Below are positions 36,082 through 45,897 of a DNA stretch of 64,000 nt, in pieces (the stretch's first letter is position 1; each line of letters begins with the position of its first letter). Both the position numbers and the translations under genes were made by a program. The notes below the pieces were generated by a model. The model was given only the letters and a program-made list of their open reading frames with translations. It was not told where the DNA came from and did not search any database. Where the stretch lies: positions 256,768 to 320,767 of the IMG/VR virus record IMGVR_UViG_3300046092_000062. One strand, written 5' to 3'.

Positions 36082-36324
36082 ATGAGTACAGAGCAAACCC
36101 AAACCCCCGAACAAGTACAACCAGAAGCGCCAAGCCTGCAACTAGCAGACATGGTTTTAATGCTAAAGGTTATTCAAGCCACTGCACAACGCGGTGCAAT
36201 TCGCGCCGAAGAAATGGCCGAAGTTGGTGCATTGCACGATAAGCTAGTTAAGTTCTTAACTGCTACCGGAGCACTACAGCCTGCACCGCAACCACAACCC
36301 ACTGAGGAGAATCAAAATGGCTAA
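36082..36324 (+). CDS. hypothetical protein
   Basis: SD AGGA; QRGAIRAEEM core with P/Q-rich ends. Confidence 0.7.
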   Translation: MSTEQTQTPEQVQPEAPSLQLADMVLMLKVIQATAQRGAIRAEEMAEVGALHDKLVKFLTATGALQPAPQPQPTEENQNG

Positions 36325-37015
36325 GCACGTAGGTAAACATAACGATCGGAAAGTAGTTATTCTATTCCGTGAAGTTCCAGACGAAGGACACATGTGTCTT
36401 GTAATTTATAGTGACTTGCTACCACGCATGATCCACGATGACTTGATGCGAGCAGTTGAAGGCGATGCCGGACAATCTGCTAAAGAAATTGCAGAAGTAT
36501 TGCACAGAACATATATGCAAGATGGACGAATCTTATTGTCAGTGTTGCATCAAGAAGGCATGATCAAGAAGGTTCCGTGTAACCAAGTTCTAGTTACTCC
36601 TAACGCAAAATCAAGTGTGCGTTTAGATGAACTAAACAAGATTTTAAATGAAATGGCAATGGGCGAAGGCGCTGTTAAGCGTCTAGCAGAAATTGATGCC
36701 AACAAGGGTATGACCGGCAAGCGTGGACAAGCTGCTGAGGCCCGTGAAGTAGGTATGCCTGCTAATAGCAGAGCAAACGCAGGTGTTGAAGGATCAATGA
36801 GTGCAGAACAATATGTAGCAGGTGTACTATCTGACGCAGATCTAGCACAACAACGTCTAACTCAAGCAGCTGATATGAAGCGCCAAGCCGAAGCTATGTT
36901 AGCTGAAGCTGCTCGTCTTGAAACAGAAGCAAGCACACTAAACCCTACCGCACCTACTACAAATGGCACAAGAAAAACCACAAAAGCCAAAGCGACCAAA
37001 AAGCAAGCGGCTTAA
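36317..37015 (+). CDS. hypothetical protein
   Basis: SD GAGGAG; 232 aa. Confidence 0.75.
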   Translation: MAKHVGKHNDRKVVILFREVPDEGHMCLVIYSDLLPRMIHDDLMRAVEGDAGQSAKEIAEVLHRTYMQDGRILLSVLHQEGMIKKVPCNQVLVTPNAKSSVRLDELNKILNEMAMGEGAVKRLAEIDANKGMTGKRGQAAEAREVGMPANSRANAGVEGSMSAEQYVAGVLSDADLAQQRLTQAADMKRQAEAMLAEAARLETEASTLNPTAPTTNGTRKTTKAKATKKQAA

Positions 37016-37307
37016 TCTAAGCAGTAAAAAACAGTGGGAGGCCATCCTCAAAGACGTTGAGAAAGAGGATGTGCCCATTGAGATGTTGGAGACAATAGTA
37101 GTGAACCTAACCGATGGAACACAAGTTGTTATTGATATCCAGGAAATGCTTGCCGAAGGGGCCGACCCAGACGCTCTTAGAATTCACCTCGAAGAGCGAT
37201 TGGAGACCCTAGACGACATCATCGATGATGTTGATTTTTACATTAACATCGAGCAAGTGCGCCTCGCAGTGCAACCAGCAACAGATAATCTACTAAAGAA
37301 CTTATGA
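36963..37307 (+). CDS. acidic hypothetical protein
   Basis: overlaps neighbours in operon. Confidence 0.65.
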   Translation: MAQEKPQKPKRPKSKRLNLSSKKQWEAILKDVEKEDVPIEMLETIVVNLTDGTQVVIDIQEMLAEGADPDALRIHLEERLETLDDIIDDVDFYINIEQVRLAVQPATDNLLKNL

Positions 37308-37813
37308 TAAACGCCCTTTTTGCCGTAGACCAATACGGCGGAATGGGGTTTAATGGCACACTGCCATGGCCCCACAACTCCGAAGATATGAAACACTTTA
37401 AACGACTTACAGATGGTCATGTAGTCGTAATGGGGCGCACCTCATGGGACGATCCTAAGTTACCTAAACCGTTAACTGGTCGTACAGTATATGTTGCAAC
37501 CACTAAGCCTGTATTTCATGCAGCACAGATCAAAGGCGATCTCAAAGAAGAAATCCTTGCACTAGAAAAACGTCACCCAGACAAAATCATTTGGGTAGTA
37601 GGCGGACCAAACGTATTGGAACAATGCGATGGTATCTTTGACAGAATGTACTTGACTCACATCAAGGGTTCATATAAAATAGATACTAAGATAAACTTAA
37701 AATCTCTGCTAACAGGGTGGAGCCCAGTACGTGCTACATCAGACGCAGCAAACAATTTCACTTACGTAATTTATGAACACCTATTTGGCCGCACTACAGG
37801 AAGTCCTGAATAA
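37304..37813 (+). CDS. folA: dihydrofolate reductase
   Basis: GFNGTLPW, EDMKHFKRLT, VVMGRTSW, PLTGR, WVVGG. Confidence 0.93.
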   Translation: MINALFAVDQYGGMGFNGTLPWPHNSEDMKHFKRLTDGHVVVMGRTSWDDPKLPKPLTGRTVYVATTKPVFHAAQIKGDLKEEILALEKRHPDKIIWVVGGPNVLEQCDGIFDRMYLTHIKGSYKIDTKINLKSLLTGWSPVRATSDAANNFTYVIYEHLFGRTTGSPE

Positions 37814-38684
37814 AGGGACTGAGAAAACAGATCGTACCGGAACTGGCACTATTAGCCACTTTGGTATGCAGCAACGCTATAACCTAGCAGAATCATTTCC
37901 CGCAGTAACAACAAAGAAGCTAGCTTGGCGCAGCGTAGTATCTGAGTTACTGTGGTTTATTGAAGGATCAGGCGATGAAAGACGACTCGCTGAGATATTA
38001 CATGGAACTCGTGACCCTAGCAAGACAACTATCTGGTCCGGTAACGCTGGAGCTGATTATTGGACTCCTAAAGCAAAGTTCCCAGGAGACCTTGGCAGAG
38101 TATACGGAGTGCAATGGCGCAAATGGCGCACGCCAGTAGAGCACACACAAGAGACATTTAGAGATGACTTTGGCACTACATATAATAGACAGGGTAGTGT
38201 CCATTTCAAAGAAGTCGATCAACTTATGCAACTGATCGACGGTATTAAGCGAGATCCGCACGGACGAAGACATATTATATCAGCATGGAACCCAGGCGAG
38301 TTAGAAGCTATGGCCCTGCCACCGTGCCATATCTTAGCGCAGTTTTACGTATCAGATGGCAAACTAAGTTGCCAAATGTACCAACGAAGTTGTGATATGT
38401 TTTTAGGCGTACCGTTCAATGTCGCCAGCTATAGTTTGCTTACGCATCTGATAGCCAAAGTGTGCGATTTACAGGTCGGCGAGTTCGTTCACGTGCTAGG
38501 CGATGCACACATATACCTAAATCACGTAGAGCAGGTAAAAGAACAATTGAAGCGTGAACCCTTACCTGCGCCACAACTATGGATCAATCCGGATATTAAA
38601 GATATCACTAAGTTTACAATGGACGATATCAAGTTGATTGGTTACGAAAGCCATGCAGCAATTAAAGCGGAGATGGCAGTATGA
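37773..38684 (+). CDS. thyA: thymidylate synthase
   Basis: DRTGTGT, ELLWF, YGVQWR, ALPPCH, YQRSCDMFLGVPFN, DAHIYLNH. Confidence 0.96.
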   Translation: MNTYLAALQEVLNKGTEKTDRTGTGTISHFGMQQRYNLAESFPAVTTKKLAWRSVVSELLWFIEGSGDERRLAEILHGTRDPSKTTIWSGNAGADYWTPKAKFPGDLGRVYGVQWRKWRTPVEHTQETFRDDFGTTYNRQGSVHFKEVDQLMQLIDGIKRDPHGRRHIISAWNPGELEAMALPPCHILAQFYVSDGKLSCQMYQRSCDMFLGVPFNVASYSLLTHLIAKVCDLQVGEFVHVLGDAHIYLNHVEQVKEQLKREPLPAPQLWINPDIKDITKFTMDDIKLIGYESHAAIKAEMAV

Positions 38685-39649
38685 AATTTATCGTAACAGG
38701 TGGCGCAGGCTTTATTGGCCACAATGTAGTTAGACAGTTAGAAGCACAGGGACACGAATGTTTCGTGATTGACAGCGTAACTGACTATGGGTTTGTTAAC
38801 CGAGAAGAACTTGACTACTTGTACAAAAGCCGCAGAAGTCGGATGAAGGCAAGCGTTCATCACTTTGATCTGTGCGACAGAAAAGCAGTCGAAGATTTCT
38901 TTAGAACCTTTGCAGCCAAGTGCGATGCAGTTATTCACCTTGCTAGCTTTCCGAGACAAAAGGTTGTGGGATCTAACCCTGTATGGGGCAGCGAAGTGAT
39001 GGCCACTGCCCTAGTTAACTTACTAGAGATGACAAAGATTAACAAGATTCCCAAGTTTGTTTACATCAGCTCTAGCATGGTCTACGGTGACTTTAAGGAT
39101 GATGTTACTGAGTCGGCTATCTGCAATCCACAAGGCCAATACGGCATTATGAAATATATGGGAGAACACCTTGTTAAAGACTATACTCGTCGTGGCATTT
39201 TTGATCACGTTATTATACGCCCCTCTGCTGTTTATGGTGAATACGACGTGGAAGACAGAGTCGTTTCCAAGTTTATGCTCTCAGCTATGCGCGGAGAAAC
39301 TCTTAAGGTAAACGGCGCAAACGAAACGCTGGATTTTACATACGTAGAAGATGCTGCTGCCGGAATCGTTGCTGCTACCCTAAGCAAACAAGCTGTTAAC
39401 GGAACATATAACATTACCAAGAGTCATAGCTGTAGTCTACTTCAGGCTGCTAGCCTTGCTATTAAGATTGCAGGCAAAGGCAATGTAGAAGTTCGTGACA
39501 AGGATGCAGACTTCCCGTCACGTGGTGCATTGAATATTGATGCTGCCCGTAGAGACTTTGAATTTGATCCCAAAGTTGATGTTGAAGAAGGATTCCAGAA
39601 ATATCACGACTGGTTTAAATCGAGTCCATTTTGGAAATCAAGAATCTAA
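38681..39649 (+). CDS. NAD-dependent nucleotide-sugar epimerase/dehydratase
   Basis: TGGAGFIG, ISSSMVYG, YGIMK, DFTYVED. Confidence 0.9.
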   Translation: MKFIVTGGAGFIGHNVVRQLEAQGHECFVIDSVTDYGFVNREELDYLYKSRRSRMKASVHHFDLCDRKAVEDFFRTFAAKCDAVIHLASFPRQKVVGSNPVWGSEVMATALVNLLEMTKINKIPKFVYISSSMVYGDFKDDVTESAICNPQGQYGIMKYMGEHLVKDYTRRGIFDHVIIRPSAVYGEYDVEDRVVSKFMLSAMRGETLKVNGANETLDFTYVEDAAAGIVAATLSKQAVNGTYNITKSHSCSLLQAASLAIKIAGKGNVEVRDKDADFPSRGALNIDAARRDFEFDPKVDVEEGFQKYHDWFKSSPFWKSRI

Positions 39650-40740
39650 TACCGTTCTTTGGTATTGACCGTCAATACCTGACTATCCGCGACGAGTTGC
39701 TTAACGCAAGCGATGAGGTTTATAGGACTGGTCAGGTACTTGGTGGGCAACAAACATTCAATTTTGAATTGGCTATTGCTGAACGTTGCCAAAGGCGCTA
39801 CGCTGTTGCAGTTGGTTCATGCACACAAGGGCTAATCTTCTCTCTAATGGCAGGACCAAAAGCAGGGGAGAAAGTAATGATTCCCACTATCAGCTTTGCT
39901 GCCACAATCAACAGTGTGCTCCTAAGTGGGCACGAACCTGTATTCTGCGACACTGATTACAAAGCACTAATTGATCTCGAAAGCAGCGACTATGCACTCA
40001 AAGGTGCAGGAGTTGGTGCTATCATGTACGCCAACTTGTTTGGCAACACCATTGATTACGATCGCTTTAGAGTCATGACAGAGTTTTTCAATCACGATCT
40101 GTTTATCCTAGAGGATGCTGCACAGAGCTTTGGTGCAAGTTACAAAGGTATCCCCAGTGGCAAGCTAGGTACTGCAAGTGTGCTGAGTTTTGATCCCACT
40201 AAGAATCTTCCCAACTACGGGTCAGGCGGGATGATACTCACAGACGATTACGAGTTCTTCTGCAACATAGTAGACCTACGGGACAATGGCAAAACAAGTG
40301 GGCATCAAATTCCTGGAACCAACAGTAGAATGAGCGAAAGCGATTGCGCTCAGATGCTGGTTAAACTCAAGTACTTTGATGCGTGGCAAAAACGTAGAAC
40401 AGCCATTGCAGAGTACTACATTGAGAACCTTGTGTCTTACGTGGATGTGCTACTGCCCAACGAAGATGTTGTTCACGCATGGCACAAGTTTGTTATTCGC
40501 CTAAGTAACAGACACGCATTGATGCAGTATATGCGCGATGCAGGCATCGAAACAAAGATGCACTACGATAAACCACTGTTTGAATTGCCAGTAGGATACG
40601 AGTATACAGATTATATGAATGAGTTCTTTAGGGAATCAAGTGCATACACACGTGAATGTATGAGCTTGCCTATCTATCCCGAAATGACTGATGCCGAAGT
40701 CGAACACGTAGTTCGCACAATTAAGCAGTTCTTTAGTTAG
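39631..40740 (+). CDS. DegT/DnrJ/EryC1/StrS sugar aminotransferase
   Basis: LEDAAQSFGA, SFDPTKNLPNYGSGG, GTNSRM, SLPIYPEM. Confidence 0.92.
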   Translation: MEIKNLIPFFGIDRQYLTIRDELLNASDEVYRTGQVLGGQQTFNFELAIAERCQRRYAVAVGSCTQGLIFSLMAGPKAGEKVMIPTISFAATINSVLLSGHEPVFCDTDYKALIDLESSDYALKGAGVGAIMYANLFGNTIDYDRFRVMTEFFNHDLFILEDAAQSFGASYKGIPSGKLGTASVLSFDPTKNLPNYGSGGMILTDDYEFFCNIVDLRDNGKTSGHQIPGTNSRMSESDCAQMLVKLKYFDAWQKRRTAIAEYYIENLVSYVDVLLPNEDVVHAWHKFVIRLSNRHALMQYMRDAGIETKMHYDKPLFELPVGYEYTDYMNEFFRESSAYTRECMSLPIYPEMTDAEVEHVVRTIKQFFS

Positions 40741-41557
40741 CAGGAGCAGTTAATATAAACTGTTTATCGGTTTGTGTTAACTGCCACGTTGGTAATAAAC
40801 GTTTGGCCATTCTAGCATACAACGATTGACGTGACTGTTCGTCTGCTGTGAATGTGAGTGCTGTTACTTTACCTTGGTAACGCTGCAAGAATTCGCGCAT
40901 GATATCAGTAATAGTTGACATTACTTCTGCACTGTTGCCGGTGCCAGTTAGACCAAATTTACCGTAACGGGTGCGCCCACGTTCGGCATTTTTAAATTCC
41001 ACTTCCCATGTACCATTCGCCTCTGGATAAGTGTACGCATGGAATTGAAACGGGATCTCGCCAATGTGGAATACTGCTACTGCTTCTTCGCTGCCAGTAA
41101 AACTCCATTTGTAGTCTTTGCCGGGCTCAAATAATTCAGCAAGAGATTGGCCTGCTGCATCTTCGTAATAGCCTTTTTGGCCGTTTGGTAGGATGTGCTT
41201 GGACTGCTTGGATTGGTTCCAAGAACGCCACATTCTTTCGCCGGCATCAGTTTGGTCTGGATGCGGCATGACATCGTTGCCCAACATCTTAGCATACGCA
41301 TACATGGTAGTAGCAACGCCTTGATCTCGGTAATTTGGATTTACCCAAGTACTTTGGCTTTTTAATGTGTCGGGATCAAAGTAAAAATTAAACAAAATGT
41401 CGCCGATTAACTTTTTACCATCGTAGGCTTTAATTGCTAATCCAGCACCCTGGCTAGTCGCAGTATATGTATAGTCGCCGATTTGTTGTGTATGTTTAAA
41501 ACGACGATGGGCGATGTCTGGGTTAATAGCTTCTGTGATAATTTCATTGATTCGCAT
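40733..41557 (-). CDS. two-domain protein with GNAT-like N-terminal domain; possible virion-packaged protein
   Basis: MRINEIITE start; WVNPNYRDQGVATTMY (acetyl-CoA motif A); second domain begins SLAELFE. Confidence 0.65.
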   Translation of the reverse strand: MRINEIITEAINPDIAHRRFKHTQQIGDYTYTATSQGAGLAIKAYDGKKLIGDILFNFYFDPDTLKSQSTWVNPNYRDQGVATTMYAYAKMLGNDVMPHPDQTDAGERMWRSWNQSKQSKHILPNGQKGYYEDAAGQSLAELFEPGKDYKWSFTGSEEAVAVFHIGEIPFQFHAYTYPEANGTWEVEFKNAERGRTRYGKFGLTGTGNSAEVMSTITDIMREFLQRYQGKVTALTFTADEQSRQSLYARMAKRLLPTWQLTQTDKQFILTAPAN

Positions 41558-44005
41558 TCAGTATTTAGCATCGTAGCGGGCACGTAGCCACGCCCACTCA
41601 AAGCTCAACTGTAGCTTTGCTAAATCACCCTGCACTTCTTCGTAGTATGCAACTGCATCGTTAGCACCGTCTATGCTGTAATTGCTGTAATTGCCCGATG
41701 CAACCGTGCGCCATGTTTCAAGTCTATGCTCAGTTTCTAGTGTAGGCTGCGTATCCATAAACAATCGCAGCTTTAACACCTCTCTAAATGCTGTGCGCCA
41801 TGTGGTCCAAGCGTCTTGGTTATAGTGAGCTACCCCGCTTAAAATAGGCACCGATTCGTGCGGTTGTGACAGTGTAAAGTCAATTCCAGGATCGTTATTT
41901 GCTAAAACAAGGCTCTTATTGTAGGCAATCATTCCTTGGTGTCCGTACACTAGTCCATTGACGGGATTCTTTGCATTAAAGATGTAATGCTTGGGACCTT
42001 GCCAATAGTCTGGGCGGAACTCCCATATATCCCTGTTACCAAACACTTCTAGCTTGGCAAACACTGCTAGAAACCAATCTGTTGTGCTGGCCTGCGCTGC
42101 CGCTTGATATGCTGCTACACGCCCATTAACTCCACGGATCCATTTTACATCACGATTGCTCATGTACTCAGTATGCTCAAACCATTTCTGTTCGTCTGGT
42201 TCGCCATTGCTGATAAACACAATGTCCAAATCCTTTACTGCCTTCATATTACGCAATCGGGGATGCTCTACTAGATGCGGATAATCGTAAATTTGCGTTT
42301 TGAGATACTTCTTAATATCACGCGGAATCAAGCTGGTACTTTTGTCTGCACCAATGTCAATTGCAACGCGATCTTTTTCAGTCCACAGGCATGTGGTATA
42401 CCCGGTCATGCTAGTGAATTGTTTTTCCTTTGTAAACAAGGCATAGGGTGTAGTGAAGTTGTGATTCTTAATAGCGTTGATTAGATTGTCATGATCGTAG
42501 TGAACTGCTGGGACTGGGTAACGTGTTACTTCGTGCCCTTCTATATAGTTGATCACATTAAACCAATCCAACAACTCCAGTTCAACCATTTGCTTTTTAA
42601 ATGACTCAACGTGAATGTAGAATGTGTCGCCACGCTTCTCTGGTGAGAGTGTCCATCTAGATTCATTAGAGAAGCAATGAATCATCTCACGTTGCCACGG
42701 CTCAGGTTCCCACGTGAAGTCAAAGTCTCTGTAATCGCAAATGCTGTTGAGGATCCACACATACTCAGTGTCTGCGTTTTGCATGATACGCTTAAAGGTA
42801 TCAAAATATGTGTTTACAAAACGTGTCTTAACCATGTCCGGATATGTGTTTAACATTGCCGGGTAATCGATTTCGCTTTCCGGATTGCCGTGGTCCACAA
42901 AATACATGTCGCAGTTGGTGTCGGGCTTTACTACGCTTTGGTCAGACACAAAGTTTAAGCTAGGAAACTCTTCTATACCCTTTGCCCACTCTGTGTGTCG
43001 ATTGAATTCCCACTTGTTGATTAGGAATGTGTCACTCCATTTGTTATGCTGACTTGGAAACACATGAGTCATGTACTGTTGCCATGGTTCGGCGTGCCAG
43101 TGGAAGTCAAAATTAGAATAGTCATACTCGCTGCTAACTACCCAAAACTTATTGGTCTTGCTTCGTGTAACACATCGCTTGATTGTGTCCATCATGCTGT
43201 TAGCATAACGAACCTTAGTGACATTGTGTATTTCATTAAGTCTATCATACCGCACCTGTGCTGTAGGGTTGCCTTTATCAACAAAGAAAATGTCCAGCAC
43301 TTGCATTGCAGTTAATTTGTGATAGCCAGGTGTAGGCATAGGTCCTGCAAAGCTAATGTCTGTTGCTCCGGGTACGGTATAAGTTAAGCCAATGCTTTGT
43401 TGATAGTCACTGCCAAAATGATAAACATAAAGTGGATCAAGCGGATTAGGATGCCAACTAAAGTCTACTGTAGACTCGTTAATCTCTTCAGGGATCGCCC
43501 AATGCGTTTTGTCCGCTAATGCAGTAACCGTAAACGCATTACCGAACTTGATGCCAGTTGTATGCAACATGGTGTAGTAAACACCACTGGCACTCTGATG
43601 CTGACTAGGAAAGTGGTAAGTGTAGTTACCTTCTGTTGTATCCGGATGCCAAGTTAGATCCACCGAGGATGGGTCAATATAATCAGGTATCGTCCAGCCC
43701 GCAGGATAAGGCAATCGTTTAACTGATTGTTCAGTTCTAAAGTGATATTGTTTATGCGCATGGGTGTCTACGTGCGCAAGAAACACATCACCACATCGTT
43801 GATGCTGACTTGGCCACACATGCAAATGACTGTGTTCCCACGGCACAGGACGCCAATTAAAATCGAAGCCTGTGTAATCGTTGCCCCCATAAATATACCA
43901 GTAGTACCCAGTTTTACACTTGGCCGCTGCTGCTTCTATGCTCGGCGCATATTGCTCAAATGCAAATAGGTTTGGCTTGCGGCCATAATAAAATACGTCA
44001 AACAT
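41558..44005 (-). CDS. large protein of repeated glycosyltransferase-like modules
   Basis: four repeats starting D(V/I/M)xF/Y, each with T-x-x-x-W and FDF-x-W-x-x-x-PW-like motifs; C-terminal WRTAFREVLKL shared with 57085-57984. Confidence 0.7.
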   Translation of the reverse strand: MFDVFYYGRKPNLFAFEQYAPSIEAAAAKCKTGYYWYIYGGNDYTGFDFNWRPVPWEHSHLHVWPSQHQRCGDVFLAHVDTHAHKQYHFRTEQSVKRLPYPAGWTIPDYIDPSSVDLTWHPDTTEGNYTYHFPSQHQSASGVYYTMLHTTGIKFGNAFTVTALADKTHWAIPEEINESTVDFSWHPNPLDPLYVYHFGSDYQQSIGLTYTVPGATDISFAGPMPTPGYHKLTAMQVLDIFFVDKGNPTAQVRYDRLNEIHNVTKVRYANSMMDTIKRCVTRSKTNKFWVVSSEYDYSNFDFHWHAEPWQQYMTHVFPSQHNKWSDTFLINKWEFNRHTEWAKGIEEFPSLNFVSDQSVVKPDTNCDMYFVDHGNPESEIDYPAMLNTYPDMVKTRFVNTYFDTFKRIMQNADTEYVWILNSICDYRDFDFTWEPEPWQREMIHCFSNESRWTLSPEKRGDTFYIHVESFKKQMVELELLDWFNVINYIEGHEVTRYPVPAVHYDHDNLINAIKNHNFTTPYALFTKEKQFTSMTGYTTCLWTEKDRVAIDIGADKSTSLIPRDIKKYLKTQIYDYPHLVEHPRLRNMKAVKDLDIVFISNGEPDEQKWFEHTEYMSNRDVKWIRGVNGRVAAYQAAAQASTTDWFLAVFAKLEVFGNRDIWEFRPDYWQGPKHYIFNAKNPVNGLVYGHQGMIAYNKSLVLANNDPGIDFTLSQPHESVPILSGVAHYNQDAWTTWRTAFREVLKLRLFMDTQPTLETEHRLETWRTVASGNYSNYSIDGANDAVAYYEEVQGDLAKLQLSFEWAWLRARYDAKY
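41562..41568 (-). promoter_or_regulatory. late-type promoter
   Basis: CTAAATA 4 nt upstream of ATG 41557. Confidence 0.35.
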
Positions 44006-45122
44006 GTATAATCTTAACAGTCATTACGAAAACATCTATCACTTCTTGTCTACTATTGTAGCACAACCAAGGGTATTATATCTACACCCATTTGGATCGA
44101 GTCAACCGGAAAACATCGAAGTGCTAGCAAAAGACATGAGTCATTTGCCCAATAACGGCGACCCATTGTTTATCTTCTACGATCAAGAACCCATTTACGG
44201 TGCGTACAATTTTAGGTTATTTGATTACATCAGAGATAACATGAGTGGCCCATTTGTTCTAGTCACTACGGAAAAGGAAAGTAGTGCCGTTGAAGATATT
44301 CGTACTCGTTACGGATGGGAGGTTGTGTATTACTTTCATCATGTGTTTGCTGCACACGATTGGTTTCGCGGATACAGTTACGATAGCAGATTAACGCTAC
44401 CAGTAGATAGAACAATAAAAAAGAAGTATGTAACATTTAATAGACTCACTAGTAATTCGAGGGTGTATAGAAGTTTGTTGATTAGTGAACTAATCGAACG
44501 CAATATCCTGAGCAAAGGGCATGTTAGTTATAATGACACCTGCCCAGATGGCGGATCATACGCGGACAACTTATCGTCTGCTGCGTCCAATTGGTTAATC
44601 TCATGGGATGTAGCGAACAAAGCCATTGCAAATATTTCAACAGCACCATTGCCATTGCGTGTTGACTACAAAGACCGTGATTCAATTCCTAATCATAGCT
44701 TTGTATTAAGTGCAGTACCAGAGACACAGGAGAGTTTTGTGTATGTAGTCACTGAGACTTGCTTCTGGGATCGCAAACATCACCTAACTGAAAAGATATT
44801 CAAACCTATTGTAAGTCAAATGCCCTTCTTACTTGTCGGGCCTGCTCACAACTTAAAGTATTTACGCGAATACGGATTTGAAACATTTGGCCAATGGTGG
44901 GATGAAAGTTACGACGATATCGAAGACCCTGTGCTGCGACTAAAAGCTGTTGCGGATGTATTAGAAACTATTTGCAAAAAGACAGACAAACAACTAGAGC
45001 GTATGCTTAAAGAAATGCAGGATGTGCTTTCATACAACTATAATCGATTCTACAGCCAAGACTTCCTGGATGCAGCATGGTGCGAACTAACCGATAATCT
45101 ACGATTCGCTATTCCTCTTTAA
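44004..45122 (+). CDS. putative glycosyltransferase (GT10-like C-terminal motif)
   Basis: VVTETCF...LTEKIFKPI...PFLLVG...LREYGFETF. Confidence 0.65.
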   Translation: MYNLNSHYENIYHFLSTIVAQPRVLYLHPFGSSQPENIEVLAKDMSHLPNNGDPLFIFYDQEPIYGAYNFRLFDYIRDNMSGPFVLVTTEKESSAVEDIRTRYGWEVVYYFHHVFAAHDWFRGYSYDSRLTLPVDRTIKKKYVTFNRLTSNSRVYRSLLISELIERNILSKGHVSYNDTCPDGGSYADNLSSAASNWLISWDVANKAIANISTAPLPLRVDYKDRDSIPNHSFVLSAVPETQESFVYVVTETCFWDRKHHLTEKIFKPIVSQMPFLLVGPAHNLKYLREYGFETFGQWWDESYDDIEDPVLRLKAVADVLETICKKTDKQLERMLKEMQDVLSYNYNRFYSQDFLDAAWCELTDNLRFAIPL

Positions 45123-45541
45123 TGCTTCATGTACTTTGCAACTACTTCTGCTAGTTGCTTATGTGTATCATCAAACCAAGTGCTAACATGGTAATCGCAG
45201 TTGATGGGTTTTTCAAACAGTTTATTAGTGTCTTCAAATCTACCTTCATTGATAGTGTCCATCCACACTGTGAACTCAGCATCAAATTCTGCTCTTGCTG
45301 CTTCTGTGGGGCATACAAAATCTGCTACTGCAATCTTACCAGCTTTAACTACACCGTCGGCTAGATACTTCATACGCATTGCCTGCCTCATACGACCTTC
45401 TGGTGTAAAGTCCCAGTCATTGTATTCCTTGCGTACTGCATCTGCGTTAAGCCATACTCCGCCGATTAGATCTGCAAATGGTTTAGCCAATGTGCTCTTG
45501 CCACTTCCCGGCAATCCAAATATCAGTATCTTCTTAGTCAT
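45119..45541 (-). CDS. cysC: adenylylsulfate (APS) kinase-like protein
   Basis: GLPGSGKSTLA, LNADAVR, DFTPEGRMRQ, DFVCP, FEKP. Confidence 0.75.
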   Translation of the reverse strand: MTKKILIFGLPGSGKSTLAKPFADLIGGVWLNADAVRKEYNDWDFTPEGRMRQAMRMKYLADGVVKAGKIAVADFVCPTEAARAEFDAEFTVWMDTINEGRFEDTNKLFEKPINCDYHVSTWFDDTHKQLAEVVAKYMKH

Positions 45542-45897
45542 TTTAGACCCATTTCTAATCTAATTTTTGTAGCACTTATGTTATGAATTTGTTCATCAAA
45601 AGTTTCTTTCTCTATTGAGTACCCAACCTCTCGTCCGTATGTGATATTTGTTATATTCGGAACTACTAAGATTTCATATTGACCTGCATACATTGGATCT
45701 AAGTCTTTCTGTATATTAGCAATCACTTCGTTGAGTGTAAATGGATTGGACTCATTCCATCCCTGACAGTCCCTAATCATAATACACACCTGTCCAGTTT
45801 TAGCAATAGCACGTTCGAACAATGCACGGTGGCCGGCATGCCAGGGCTGCCATCTTCCTAGCATTTGTACCGTCGGTTTCTTCCAATCAAATTTCAT
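45538..45897 (-). CDS. HxGH nucleotidyltransferase (cytidylyltransferase-like)
   Basis: GRWQPWHAGH, ISATKIR. Confidence 0.8.
   Translation of the reverse strand: MKFDWKKPTVQMLGRWQPWHAGHRALFERAIAKTGQVCIMIRDCQGWNESNPFTLNEVIANIQKDLDPMYAGQYEILVVPNITNITYGREVGYSIEKETFDEQIHNISATKIRLEMGLK

Noticed and set aside
37773-38684. ThyA-fold gene as dCMP hydroxymethylase
   Set aside because: Has the dUMP-specifying Asn (GVPFN) and sits next to DHFR; canonical thymidylate synthase
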